A stretch of 64,000 bases of DNA from Clostridium sp. GTDB taxonomy: Bacteria > Bacillota > Clostridia > Clostridiales > Clostridiaceae. The stretch covers positions 7,877-71,876 of the forward strand of contig NZ_JBKEEV010000007.1 of NCBI RefSeq assembly GCF_047777555.1, written 5' to 3'. The position numbers were made by a program, and so were the translations under genes. The notes under the pieces are model-generated. The model worked only from the letters and a program-made list of their open reading frames with translations, did not search any database and was not told where the DNA came from. Shown here piece after piece: positions 53,476-63,091 of the stretch; within the stretch, counting starts at the first letter, position 1; the number at the start of each line of letters is the position of its first letter.

Positions 53476-54108
53476 CTATTTCATATTTTCATTTTCCAAA
53501 TATTTTTTTATCCTGTGAGATAAATTATCGTCTCCTACAACTAAAATTTTATCGCCTCTTTTAAATTCTAAATATGGACCTGGAGACACTAATATCTTAT
53601 CTTCTCTCTTTACTCCAACTATAGTTCCTCCTGTATTGTGCCAGAATTCACTCTCTCCTATAGTCTTTCCTATTATATGAGATTCCTCAGGGATTTCAAT
53701 TTCTATAGGTTCCACAAAATCTGTATTTCTAAATCTATATGAGTAATCTATAATTTTTTCATTTACATCCTGTATCTGTTTTTCTATCCTTTTTCTATCT
53801 TCGAGAAGCTTTTTCATTGTGCTTTTCAGCATTCCTATGCTTTCTTTTTCTTTGAAACTTTCAACAAACTGATAAGCTTTTTCAGAAGATTTTATTATTA
53901 TTCCACTTCCCTTATTTACTTCCACAACTCCCTTATCTTCTAAAAGCTTCATAGACTTCCTTATAGTCTCTGGGGAAACATTATATTCTCCTGCAAGAAC
54001 TGAACGTCCTCTCAGCTTTTCTCCTTCTACTAGTTCTCCTTTATAAATTCTAGCTGCCACATCTACTGATATTTTAATATATCTGGGCATTTCAATACGC
54101 TCACCCAT
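53476..54108 (-). CDS. GntR-family regulator with a C-terminal TrkA-C (RCK_C) domain
   Basis: wHTH segment LAGEYNVSPETIRKSMKLLEDKGVV. The C-terminus resembles TrkA-C (IGKTIGES...GDKILVVGD). ATG at 54108 follows a GGAGGG RBS. Confidence 0.75.
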   Translation of the reverse strand: MGERIEMPRYIKISVDVAARIYKGELVEGEKLRGRSVLAGEYNVSPETIRKSMKLLEDKGVVEVNKGSGIIIKSSEKAYQFVESFKEKESIGMLKSTMKKLLEDRKRIEKQIQDVNEKIIDYSYRFRNTDFVEPIEIEIPEESHIIGKTIGESEFWHNTGGTIVGVKREDKILVSPGPYLEFKRGDKILVVGDDNLSHRIKKYLENENMK

Positions 54109-54186
54109 GCTGTAACCCTCCAAAACTCTATTATAATCCTATTTGCAAGTTAGATTATAGCACAAACTTATTACATGGGGAAATAA

Positions 54187-55143
54187 TTATACAATCATTT
54201 TTTCACTCCACTTACCGCATCTATCTCCAAAGCATCCAACTACTTCTGTAGAGTTTTTTATATTTACAACTTCACACCTATTTGGACAGCCACTGCATTC
54301 AAAACTATTAGATACAAACCTTGCATCTCCAACTTCCAGCCCTTTAAAATTAGTAATTTTCTTCTTCTGAACCGATTCTGCACCTATAATTGCAGCACCT
54401 ATTGCTCCCATAACATCATGGTGCTCTGGTACATAAACTTTAAATCCTAAAGCATCTTCAAAAGCCTTTTTTATACCTTTATTTGCAGCAACTCCACCTT
54501 GAAAAAATACCTTTTGCTGAATATCTTTTCCCTTGGCCACATTGTTAAGATAATTTCTTACCATAGCTTCGCAAAGTCCTCTTATTATATCTGCTTCATT
54601 ATATCCCAGTTGCTGCTTATGTATCATGTCAGATTCTGCAAACACAGCACATCTACCTGCTATTCTAACAGGAACATTAGACATTAGAGCATAGTCACCA
54701 AACTTTTCTATTGGTATTTCTAATCTTTCCGCCTGCCTATCTAAAAAGGAGCCTGTTCCTGCTGCACACACCGTATTCATAGCAAAATCCGTGACAACTC
54801 CTCCTTTTAGAGTAATTATCTTTGAATCTTGCCCTCCTATTTCTATAATAGTACGAACCTCTTTATCCAAATGAAGAGCAGCAATAGCATGAGTAGTAAT
54901 CTCATTTTTTACAGCATCTCCTCCAATAAGGGCAGCTGCTATATGTCTTCCGCTTCCTGTTGTACCAACAGAAACAATTTCGTCACTGCTATACTTCTCT
55001 TGCAGCATTTTTAATCCCTTTTGTACTGCTTGTATTGGCCTTCCCTTTGTTCTCAAATATATCTTTTCTACCACATTCATGTCCTTATCTAAAAGTACAA
55101 AATCCGTGCTAACGGAACCTACATCAACACCCATATGATACAT
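54187..55143 (-). CDS. BadF/BadG/BcrA/BcrD-type ATPase (2-hydroxyacyl-CoA dehydratase activase-like)
   Basis: MGVDVGSVSTD and EIGGQDSK motifs, with a C-terminal Cys cluster (CSGCPNRC...GCFGDRCGKW). ATG at 55143 follows a GAGGAGG RBS. Confidence 0.8.
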   Translation of the reverse strand: MYHMGVDVGSVSTDFVLLDKDMNVVEKIYLRTKGRPIQAVQKGLKMLQEKYSSDEIVSVGTTGSGRHIAAALIGGDAVKNEITTHAIAALHLDKEVRTIIEIGGQDSKIITLKGGVVTDFAMNTVCAAGTGSFLDRQAERLEIPIEKFGDYALMSNVPVRIAGRCAVFAESDMIHKQQLGYNEADIIRGLCEAMVRNYLNNVAKGKDIQQKVFFQGGVAANKGIKKAFEDALGFKVYVPEHHDVMGAIGAAIIGAESVQKKKITNFKGLEVGDARFVSNSFECSGCPNRCEVVNIKNSTEVVGCFGDRCGKWSEKMIV

Positions 55144-56221
55144 TTTTATGCCTCCTCTCAATTAAATCTAAAAATGCTTCAATTCTAGTAACATATCCTC
55201 CCTCTCCAGTCATTTCATCAACTACTAAACTCATTATAGGAAAATCCTTATCTCTTGATATTGATGGAAGTATAGCTTTAGTTATAATCTCCGGCATACA
55301 TCCCATAGGGAATATTTGAATAGCTCCATCAAACTTATCTTTTTGAGCCATCATAGCCTCTCCTATACATTCTCTTGCATGCCCACCTATGTAATATGGT
55401 AAATACTCTTTTGATGCTCTCCTAAGATCAAGAGAGTTCAATTTCAATATTTTCAAAGCTGCATCCTTAACCCACCAGCTAGGAGTAAGCTTTCTTTTGC
55501 TGCACACACCATAATCCATAAGTTTATCTTCTATATTAAGGTTAGGAAATGGATCTATAACTGTATATATTTCTCCAATTATAGCCACCTTAAGAGGGTT
55601 CTTATTTTTATCAATAGGAATATTTTCTATGGCATTCTTATAGCTTTCTAAGATTTTTATTGCTTCGCTTGGATCATTAGTCTTAACTACATCTCTCTTA
55701 CATTGATTTAGAATTCTTTTACAATCTCCTTTATTCACTTCATATCCCGCTAAATAGTGAGCCTTTTCTTCAATTTTATCTATTAAATTTATTGCCTTTA
55801 ATGCCCTTAAAGCTGCTATAATCTTCTCTCTATTGCTCTTAGGACTTTCTGACACTAAATATTCTATTCTTTTTAATAGCTCCTTTTTTCCTATATCCTT
55901 AGGATAATCCATGACTATAAACTTCAAATTATATCCCAAATTTTCTAAAGCTTTCATTTGAAGTTCACAATATTCCCCAAACCTACAAGGTCCACAGCTT
56001 CCTACTAAAAGTATAGTATCAGCTCCCTGCTCAACGCTCTGAATATAATTCCCCATCATTATTTTGTAAGGAAGACACATCTCTTCTGGAGCGTAGGTTA
56101 CCCCAATCTCAAGAGCTGTTTTATTGTTTATTGGTGGAATAACATAGTCTATTCCTAAACCATCAAAGAGTACCTTAACTGCAATATATACGTTCCCCAT
56201 ATGTGGAAATGTTACCTTCAA
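55124..56221 (-). CDS. DUF2229 (activase-associated) protein B
   Basis: 365 aa, paralogous in style to the upstream gene. The start is uncertain: TTG at 56221 or a later ATG. Confidence 0.65.
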   Translation of the reverse strand: MKVTFPHMGNVYIAVKVLFDGLGIDYVIPPINNKTALEIGVTYAPEEMCLPYKIMMGNYIQSVEQGADTILLVGSCGPCRFGEYCELQMKALENLGYNLKFIVMDYPKDIGKKELLKRIEYLVSESPKSNREKIIAALRALKAINLIDKIEEKAHYLAGYEVNKGDCKRILNQCKRDVVKTNDPSEAIKILESYKNAIENIPIDKNKNPLKVAIIGEIYTVIDPFPNLNIEDKLMDYGVCSKRKLTPSWWVKDAALKILKLNSLDLRRASKEYLPYYIGGHARECIGEAMMAQKDKFDGAIQIFPMGCMPEIITKAILPSISRDKDFPIMSLVVDEMTGEGGYVTRIEAFLDLIERRHKNVSYGC

Positions 56222-57113
56222 CCATCTTCCCCCTTTCTATCATATCTATAAACGCCTCTATTCTTGTATTAAATCCAGCCTCCCCTGTCTGCTCATCTAC
56301 CTTTAAAACAAGAAAAGGAAAATCCCCAATTCTATTCTTTATAAGCTCTATTACTACGGAATCTATACCACAGGCAAAAGAAGATATGTATATAATCCCA
56401 TCTACTTTCTTCTTTGAAAAAAGAGTTGCTGCAGCTCCATATGAATTTCTAGCAAAACTCCAGAAAGGCCTTTTAAAAAGCTTATTTACTTCCCTATCTA
56501 TTTCTACTTCTGAAACAAATTCTTCTGTAATAACTCCAGCTCCAAATTTATGAAGCTTTTCTATTAAGTTCATATTTATAAAATTATCATATACATTATA
56601 TGGATGCCCAAGCAATGCCAATTTTATATCATAACCATCTTCATTTAACCCTTGCTTAAAATTTCCTTGTACCGCTAAGGCTTTTATATATGCTGTATCT
56701 ACTGCATATATATTTCTACATATCATAAGACCTAATTTTTTGCACCAACTATGAAGACTTTTTTCTGAATTTATATACAATGGTAACTCTGTAATATCAG
56801 GCATATCTGGAATGCTGTTTTTTATCATCTCAGGAAGTCCACAGAACTTTGGACATATATATTCCCTATCTCTAATGCACATGATTCTAGGTACGATTAT
56901 CAAATCGCATTTATCTTTTATATTATCCACATGACCGTGAAAAATTTTCATTGGAAGACATACTTCATCTACAGCGTATTTTACCCCTTTATCTAATATC
57001 CTTTTATTTGTGTCTTCAGAAACAATAATCTCTGCTCCTATTTCCTCTAAAAATGTATGAATAAAAGGATAATACTTGTAGTACAGTAATCCTTTTGGAA
57101 TCCCTACTTTCAT
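56175..57113 (-). CDS. DUF2229 (activase-associated) protein A
   Basis: 312 aa. The CLPMK...ICPKFCGLPE pattern is typical of this family as I recall it. Confidence 0.65.
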   Translation of the reverse strand: MKVGIPKGLLYYKYYPFIHTFLEEIGAEIIVSEDTNKRILDKGVKYAVDEVCLPMKIFHGHVDNIKDKCDLIIVPRIMCIRDREYICPKFCGLPEMIKNSIPDMPDITELPLYINSEKSLHSWCKKLGLMICRNIYAVDTAYIKALAVQGNFKQGLNEDGYDIKLALLGHPYNVYDNFINMNLIEKLHKFGAGVITEEFVSEVEIDREVNKLFKRPFWSFARNSYGAAATLFSKKKVDGIIYISSFACGIDSVVIELIKNRIGDFPFLVLKVDEQTGEAGFNTRIEAFIDMIERGKMVEGNISTYGERIYCS

Positions 57114-57317
57114 ATTTTTCCTCCCTTTTTACAGATATGAACCTACATTTTCCTATTATTGAACAAAATGTTCTAATTTATTCACAAAAATAGTATATTA
57201 GTAAAATTCATGTGCTTTTTAAATTTTGCATATAAATATTCCCTTATTAGATAAAATATAAAAACCTTAACAGGTATCCCTGCTAAGGTTTTTTATTATA
57301 ACTATTTTACTTATTTC

Positions 57318-58748
57318 TTATTTATCATAAGCTGGTACTGCTTGCGTATCTCTGCGCTTTGTTCTATATAAAAATACTCCAAATGTTATAGCCGCAGCTA
57401 ATAATCCTACTACATTTGACACTAATCCATTGATTCTAAATCCTTCCGGCGCCTGCATTATATAGCTTATACATACAGCTGTCATAAATATAGCCGGAAT
57501 AGTTGATATCCAATGATTCTTATTTGATTTAACTAAATATACAGAACATGCCCAAAGAGTTACCATTGCAAATGCTTGAGTTAACCATCCCATATATCTC
57601 CAAAGAATAGGGAATTGAACAAAAGTTAAGAATACAGATATAACAAACATTGGTACAGCAAGTATTAATCTATTTTTAATCTTATCCTGTGGGAAATGAA
57701 TTATATCTCCTAATGCAAGCCTTGCACTTCTAAAAGCAGTATCCCCTGTAGTTATTGGACATGCTACAACTCCAAGTATTGTAAGTACACTTCCAACTGG
57801 ACCTAACAATGTTTTAGTTATTTCAAATACTGCTCCAGAAGCACCGGACTTACCAAGTACTACCTTGCCAAGTTCAGGAACTCCATTATAGAATGCAAGT
57901 CCTGCTGCTATCCAGATAAGCGCAATAACCCCTTCTACAATCATAGCCCCGTAAAACGAATGTCTACCATACTTTTCAGATTTAAGGCATCTTGCCATCA
58001 AAGGTGATTGAGTAGCGTGGAATCCAGATATAGCACCACAAGCAATAGTAACAAACATCATAGGCCACATAGGTGTATTGTTAGGATGTAGATTAGAAAA
58101 GCTTAGCTCAGGAATATGGTAACTCTTAAAAATTATTCCTCCTCCAACACCTGCTGCCATTATCAACAAACAAGTGCCAAATATAGGATATATCTTCCCA
58201 ATAATTACATCAATAGGAAGAATAGTTGCTAAGAAATAATAGATAAATATAACTGCTATCCAAAAGTTTCTATCTAAATGTTCTGGAGTTAACTGTGCTA
58301 ATAAGTCTGCTGGGCCTGTAACAAATACAACTCCTACAATGATGCAAAAGAAAACTGTTATAACTCTCATTATACTTTGAACTTTTTTTCCAAGATACAT
58401 TCCATGTATTTCTGAAAGACTTGCCCCATCATGTCTTAATGAAATCATACCTGATAAATAATCATGAACAGCTCCTCCTAAAACACAACCTGCTATTACC
58501 CATAGAAATGCCACTGGTCCAAACAATGCCCCTTGTAATGCACCAAATATAGGTCCTAACCCCGCAATATTTAAAAGCTGGATTAAAAAAACCTTCCACG
58601 TGGGCATAGGAATATAATCGACTCCATCCTGCATTGAATAAGCTGGAGTTTCTTTAGGAAAATCTGCACTAAATTGTTTTTCAACATACTTAGAATAAAA
58701 CAAAAATCCTGATAAAAGAAGTAATAGCCCAATGATAAAAGTATACAT
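57318..58748 (-). CDS. cstA: CstA-family transporter (short form)
   Basis: 476 aa polytopic protein with the N-terminal CstA signature LNIAGLGPIFGALQGALFGP...GGAVHDYLSGM. Terminator hairpin at ~57268-57296. Confidence 0.85.
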   Translation of the reverse strand: MYTFIIGLLLLLSGFLFYSKYVEKQFSADFPKETPAYSMQDGVDYIPMPTWKVFLIQLLNIAGLGPIFGALQGALFGPVAFLWVIAGCVLGGAVHDYLSGMISLRHDGASLSEIHGMYLGKKVQSIMRVITVFFCIIVGVVFVTGPADLLAQLTPEHLDRNFWIAVIFIYYFLATILPIDVIIGKIYPIFGTCLLIMAAGVGGGIIFKSYHIPELSFSNLHPNNTPMWPMMFVTIACGAISGFHATQSPLMARCLKSEKYGRHSFYGAMIVEGVIALIWIAAGLAFYNGVPELGKVVLGKSGASGAVFEITKTLLGPVGSVLTILGVVACPITTGDTAFRSARLALGDIIHFPQDKIKNRLILAVPMFVISVFLTFVQFPILWRYMGWLTQAFAMVTLWACSVYLVKSNKNHWISTIPAIFMTAVCISYIMQAPEGFRINGLVSNVVGLLAAAITFGVFLYRTKRRDTQAVPAYDK

Positions 58749-58834
58749 GAAAAAGCCCCCTTTTTATTTATATATAATTATCTATGTGGCAGCTATTTTT
58801 ATAATAATTCCGGACTTATTATAAAAATAACTGC

Positions 58835-59055
58835 AAAAAGACCTACTTCTGCCCCAAAAAGGGGCGGAAAGTAGGTCCGCGGTACCACCCAAATTTATCA
58901 CTCATTTCACATAACGGCACAAGCCGGCTCAGCTTACTAAAACTTCAGCCTACGGCTCAAGGATGATTTTCAGCAACCTTAGTATGTGGGTTCTCACCTA
59001 TCTCCACTCTCTGTAAGACATATCTTTGCTTACTCTTTCCTATCATCGCTTTGAA
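58835..59055 (-). promoter_or_regulatory. T-box leader riboswitch, probable AUC (Ile) specifier
   Basis: On the minus strand: a stem I with GA/K-turn (GCGAUGAU...UGAGC), an AGAGAG box, a GGUGAGA distal loop, and a specifier loop GAAAAUCA before helix UCCU. The T-box motif AAAUUUGGGUGGUACCGCGG is at plus 58877-58896. A terminator follows (gacctacttctgcccc / ggggcggaaagtaggtc, 58840-58877) with a U-run. Confidence 0.85.
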
Positions 59056-59073
59056 TTTTTTAATTTTGAGAAA

Positions 59074-59102
59074 ATTATATTATTTTTAAAACCCTCTGTC
59101 AA
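59074..59102 (-). promoter_or_regulatory. Consensus SigA promoter of the T-box-cstA unit
   Basis: TTGACA (59102-59097), a 17-nt spacer, and TATAAT (59079-59074) on the minus strand. Confidence 0.75.
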
Positions 59103-59142
59103 CTCTTTTAACCAAATCTGTAAATGTTTACTATTATTTTTT

Positions 59143-59760
59143 CTAAACTATGTTTTTAAGTTCTTTCCACTTCCTTCGGTATCCCTCTTCTATAACCTTC
59201 CTTTTCACTTCCTTTTCAGATATATTATCGTAATCATCATTATCTAGCACTTCTTGAAGAGTTAAATAAATTATATCTTCCTTTAAATTCGGTTCATAGG
59301 TTACAAAGATTTCTTCTTCTATCCTCTCTTGTGTCTTTGATTTACTCTCATCAATTATATGCTCTACCTTAACTCCATTACTCTTTAAAGCATATCCTAA
59401 AAGAATGCTTCTATGACAGTTAAATGGATTTCTCTCTGAACACATAAGCACAATATTATGTCCTCGCCTAATTCCTTCTACTATTTTACGTATACCTTTC
59501 TTAAACATATCTTCCTTTATTATATTATCGAAATTTGACCTTTTCCTTCTATTACCTAATTCTTCTCCCATATACATATAGTTAATACCTGATTGCTTTA
59601 TAGCTTTTTCTAATATCTCTCTATCAAAAGCTCTTGTATAATTATTATTACTGTAAGGATTACTTCTAACATCCATTACACAATCAATTCCATAACTTCT
59701 TATTATTTCTATAAAATCTTCTAACTTTCTTGTTGAATGTCCAATAGTATAGCATGTCAT
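59143..59760 (-). CDS. DUF488 family protein
   Basis: MTCYTIGHSTRKLEDFIEIIRSYGIDCVMDVRSNPYS is the DUF488 N-terminal signature. ATG at 59760 follows a GGGGGA RBS, 30 nt after the helicase stop. Confidence 0.75.
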   Translation of the reverse strand: MTCYTIGHSTRKLEDFIEIIRSYGIDCVMDVRSNPYSNNNYTRAFDREILEKAIKQSGINYMYMGEELGNRRKRSNFDNIIKEDMFKKGIRKIVEGIRRGHNIVLMCSERNPFNCHRSILLGYALKSNGVKVEHIIDESKSKTQERIEEEIFVTYEPNLKEDIIYLTLQEVLDNDDYDNISEKEVKRKVIEEGYRRKWKELKNIV

Positions 59761-59789
59761 TTGTATATCCCCCATTTATGAACATATTT

Positions 59790-62700
59790 TTACGCAATTC
59801 TGTATACGTTATTCTTTATTAGCTTATTCTCTTTTTGATTAAACTTTATACAGTATTTTAATAGTTTTGCTCTTACACAATCCTGCTTTAAATCCTCCAG
59901 ATCTACAGAATGGAATAGCCACATTTGCTTTCTTGCTCTGCTTGCTGCTAAACTAAACCTTCTTACATCCCCTTCCTTAGTTAAAGCTGCAAATTTAACA
60001 TTGTTAGCAATAACCATAGATAAAAAAATTACATCTCTTTCATCTCCTTGAAATAAATAAGGACTGCCGCAAATAATTTTTCTACTTATAATTTCCTTTT
60101 CACTGATTCTCTGCTCTATTAATTTCCTTATTACCTCACTTTGAGCATCTCCTAAAAGAGAAATTACTCCCATAGTCATTCCATCATATTTTGGATTTTT
60201 ACAGCATTCTTCTATTTTATCTACCAGGCTTTCAGCCTCTTTTATATTTATATTTTTTATCTTATCCCTTTCCCCTTCAACCTTTACTGTCTTAACTGCA
60301 CCTCCTAGAAATTCATTTTTAAAGAAGTTTATTGGGGATAAGATTTGATCTGAGTAATACACCTTATTACTAAATCCTATTATCTCTGGTAAAGATCTAA
60401 AATTTTCTCTTAATACAACTCTTGATGGGAACACTCTAAATGCTGTACTGTGAATGCTTGTCCATATATCAAACCACTCTGAATGAGGTATTCCATGCAA
60501 ATATTTATCTATAAGCTGCTGAACTTCTTTTCTGATATTTTCTGAGGTTTCACGATTGATTTGTCTATTATCTCCAACTATTACTGCCTTTTTGGCTCTA
60601 ATCAATGCTGATATAGCAAAAATATTGCTTTCATTGCCATCTTCTATTATTACTACATCAAATGGTTCTTGGGATAGATCGAAATTTTCTATAACCTTAT
60701 TAATAGGCATAATCCATACAGACATGAAATTTTTAAAATTGTCTATTTCCTTTTTAGCTAGCTTTATATAATTACTTTTAGCTTTTCCAGAAGAAGTCTC
60801 AATCCTTCTTACAGCTTCTTTCCAAGCATACAAACTTCTTTTTTCGCTTTCTCCTATTTTACTTAAGGTATTAAACCATGCTTTTTTCTCTACTAAACCT
60901 TTTACTAAACAAGCTTCTTTCTTCTTTTCTAAGTTTATATTCTTTTTAATATTTTCAACTTGGAACTTTTTAAGTTCCTCTTCTAAAAGATTGGAAAGCT
61001 GCCTCCAGGACCAAGCTATGCTGAAATTTTTATATTTTGTGAGCATATTTAATCTATCTTCTTCATTCAATAGTCTTTGTACTAATTTTGGGCATCTTTT
61101 ATTTACTTTCTCTAATAAATACTCTAGCTCTCTAATGTTTGGCGCTATTTCCTTAAGCCTATGAATTTTCTTATAGGATTGTCTTAATAACAAAGTATCC
61201 ATATTGCGAAGAGCCTTTACTATTTCTTCAAAGCCTTTTACATTTGAAATAAGTTTTTCAATATTTCCTATATAGCTCTTTAAATTCTCATATTCGCTTA
61301 TATACCTTATACTTAAAACCCCATATTGTAACTTGAAGTAAGTATCTATGTTATACCAATCCACTTCATCCAAAAATACAATTTTGCCCATTAAATTCAC
61401 TATTTTTTCTTTAATCTTCTTATCCCAATTTATAATCACATCTATTTTATTTATATCATCTTCTAAGTTTGTTAAAACATTCAAATTTATATCCTCTATT
61501 TGTTCAGCTCCATACTCAGACATTGAATTATTCCATAGATTTTTCATGCTCTCTTCAACAGAACGCTGCTCTATATATAATTTAGCTATCTTAGCCTGCT
61601 CCTTAGACTCTATTTTCTTTCCGTCCACTCGGCACTTGTTCAAAATATCTTGACATTGACTGTGGAAAAGCTTAAATAACTTTCCTACTCTACCTTTTTG
61701 TTCATATTGATTATATATAACATTAAATTCATCAACTAATACATTAACATCCATATCTTTAGGAATTTCAACACTATGACCACTTATTTCTTTTGCAATA
61801 CTTCCTATTTTCTTTATATAATAATTAGTTTTTAATATTGTTTGCTGAAGAACCGTCTTAACTGTTTCACCTTTTTTTGTACATTCTAAAATATTTTGAA
61901 TCCAACTGTCTTTTATATCTTCTAAAAATCTCTGTGTACTTTCTAACAACCTAATAATGTAATCATAATCGTAGTCAGAATTATAAGATATACACCAGTT
62001 TTTTACAGCTTTCTTATAACCTATATAATTTCTTCGTATATCCATTATTCTTTGAATTTTAGCAACTAATTCATCGCAAGGAGGTATATTATAAAGAATA
62101 GGTCCCATCTCATTAAATTGATATATCTCTTCTTTGCTTATAGTGCTTATAAGATAAACTAATCTGGAAAACTTAGCATCTGTTAAAAGTGGTTTTTCAT
62201 TATAATTTATATTATCTTCTATCCAGGAGTATTGACTTTCATTTTCTTCAAGCCAAACCTTTACACCTAATAATTTATACTTCTTGCCGCAATATTGTAT
62301 CTCTTTATCCCAAATAGCCATTGCTTGTTCTAAATCCTGATTTAACAACTGATGTTTGCTTTTACATTCCATTAAACTTCTTACAGTGTTTTTTATATCC
62401 TTATCTAAGTTTTCTAAATCAGTATCTAATCTTTCTGTTACCTTATCTATTGAAGTATCAAGATCCTTTATACAATCTGTATCACCTTGAATTACACTTG
62501 CACATAAAGGTCTTATTTCTTTTGGTATTCTGTCAAGCAATATTCTAAGAGGCTTAGCTCTTTCACTTGTGACCAAAATCCTTTTATTATGAGCTAGCAG
62601 ATGACAAATTAAATTTATTATAGAATGTGTTTTTCCCGTTCCTGTGGGCCCTTCTACTACAACTCCAAAGCCTTCTGCTAATTTTCTTGCAATTTCTTTT

Positions 62701-62954
62701 TGTTCATCATTATGTTCAAGAGGATATAATATGTTCTGCGCTGTATTTTCCCATTCTTCTACATTCGTCATATCTTTATCTACATAACTCTCGTCAACTA
62801 AAGCTTGTATTGATGAAGGAATATACCCTCCTGTACTCATTTTATTTGAAATTCTTTTAAGCTCTTGGCTCCAAATTTTTTCATTTTTTTGAGTAAGTTT
62901 TCGTACACTCGTAAGATAGGAAACTAGCTTAAGTAGCTTTTCTTCAGTATCCAT
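59790..62954 (-). CDS. Large SF1 (Upf1/DNA2-like, AAA_11/AAA_12-type) helicase
   Basis: Motifs: Walker A VVVEGPTGTGKTH, VVIIEDGNES, VGDNRQ, LRENFRSLPEI, FQGDERDVIFLSMV and AASRARKQMWLF. About 550 aa of coiled-coil-like insertion lies between motifs I and II. ATG at 62954 follows a GGGAGG RBS. Confidence 0.8.
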   Translation of the reverse strand: MDTEEKLLKLVSYLTSVRKLTQKNEKIWSQELKRISNKMSTGGYIPSSIQALVDESYVDKDMTNVEEWENTAQNILYPLEHNDEQKEIARKLAEGFGVVVEGPTGTGKTHSIINLICHLLAHNKRILVTSERAKPLRILLDRIPKEIRPLCASVIQGDTDCIKDLDTSIDKVTERLDTDLENLDKDIKNTVRSLMECKSKHQLLNQDLEQAMAIWDKEIQYCGKKYKLLGVKVWLEENESQYSWIEDNINYNEKPLLTDAKFSRLVYLISTISKEEIYQFNEMGPILYNIPPCDELVAKIQRIMDIRRNYIGYKKAVKNWCISYNSDYDYDYIIRLLESTQRFLEDIKDSWIQNILECTKKGETVKTVLQQTILKTNYYIKKIGSIAKEISGHSVEIPKDMDVNVLVDEFNVIYNQYEQKGRVGKLFKLFHSQCQDILNKCRVDGKKIESKEQAKIAKLYIEQRSVEESMKNLWNNSMSEYGAEQIEDINLNVLTNLEDDINKIDVIINWDKKIKEKIVNLMGKIVFLDEVDWYNIDTYFKLQYGVLSIRYISEYENLKSYIGNIEKLISNVKGFEEIVKALRNMDTLLLRQSYKKIHRLKEIAPNIRELEYLLEKVNKRCPKLVQRLLNEEDRLNMLTKYKNFSIAWSWRQLSNLLEEELKKFQVENIKKNINLEKKKEACLVKGLVEKKAWFNTLSKIGESEKRSLYAWKEAVRRIETSSGKAKSNYIKLAKKEIDNFKNFMSVWIMPINKVIENFDLSQEPFDVVIIEDGNESNIFAISALIRAKKAVIVGDNRQINRETSENIRKEVQQLIDKYLHGIPHSEWFDIWTSIHSTAFRVFPSRVVLRENFRSLPEIIGFSNKVYYSDQILSPINFFKNEFLGGAVKTVKVEGERDKIKNINIKEAESLVDKIEECCKNPKYDGMTMGVISLLGDAQSEVIRKLIEQRISEKEIISRKIICGSPYLFQGDERDVIFLSMVIANNVKFAALTKEGDVRRFSLAASRARKQMWLFHSVDLEDLKQDCVRAKLLKYCIKFNQKENKLIKNNVYRIA

Positions 62955-63025
62955 AGGCACACCTCCCTACGTTAGCAGTTTACATTTGATTTTATTTTTT
63001 ACATTTTTTACCTTAAACACCTATG

Positions 63026-63034
63026 ATTATACCA
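63026..63034 (-). promoter_or_regulatory. Possible extended -10 promoter of the helicase-DUF488 unit
   Basis: TGgTATAAT on the minus strand. The -35 is weak. Confidence 0.35.
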
Positions 63035-63062
63035 TATAATTCCATAAATGGGTAGAAAAAAA

Positions 63063-63086
63063 ATGTATGCCTTTTCGACATACATT
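63063..63086 (-). terminator. Terminator of the LacI-family gene
   Basis: atgtatg / catacat stem flanked by A and T runs. Confidence 0.6.
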
Positions 63087-63091
63087 TTTAT

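Noticed and set aside
55124-56221. 38- and 47-nt overlaps between the activase-operon ORFs, considered as possible programmed frameshift fusions
   Set aside because: The overlaps shrink or vanish when RBS-supported starts are used (ATG 55143 for the ATPase). The remaining overlap is ordinary translational coupling.
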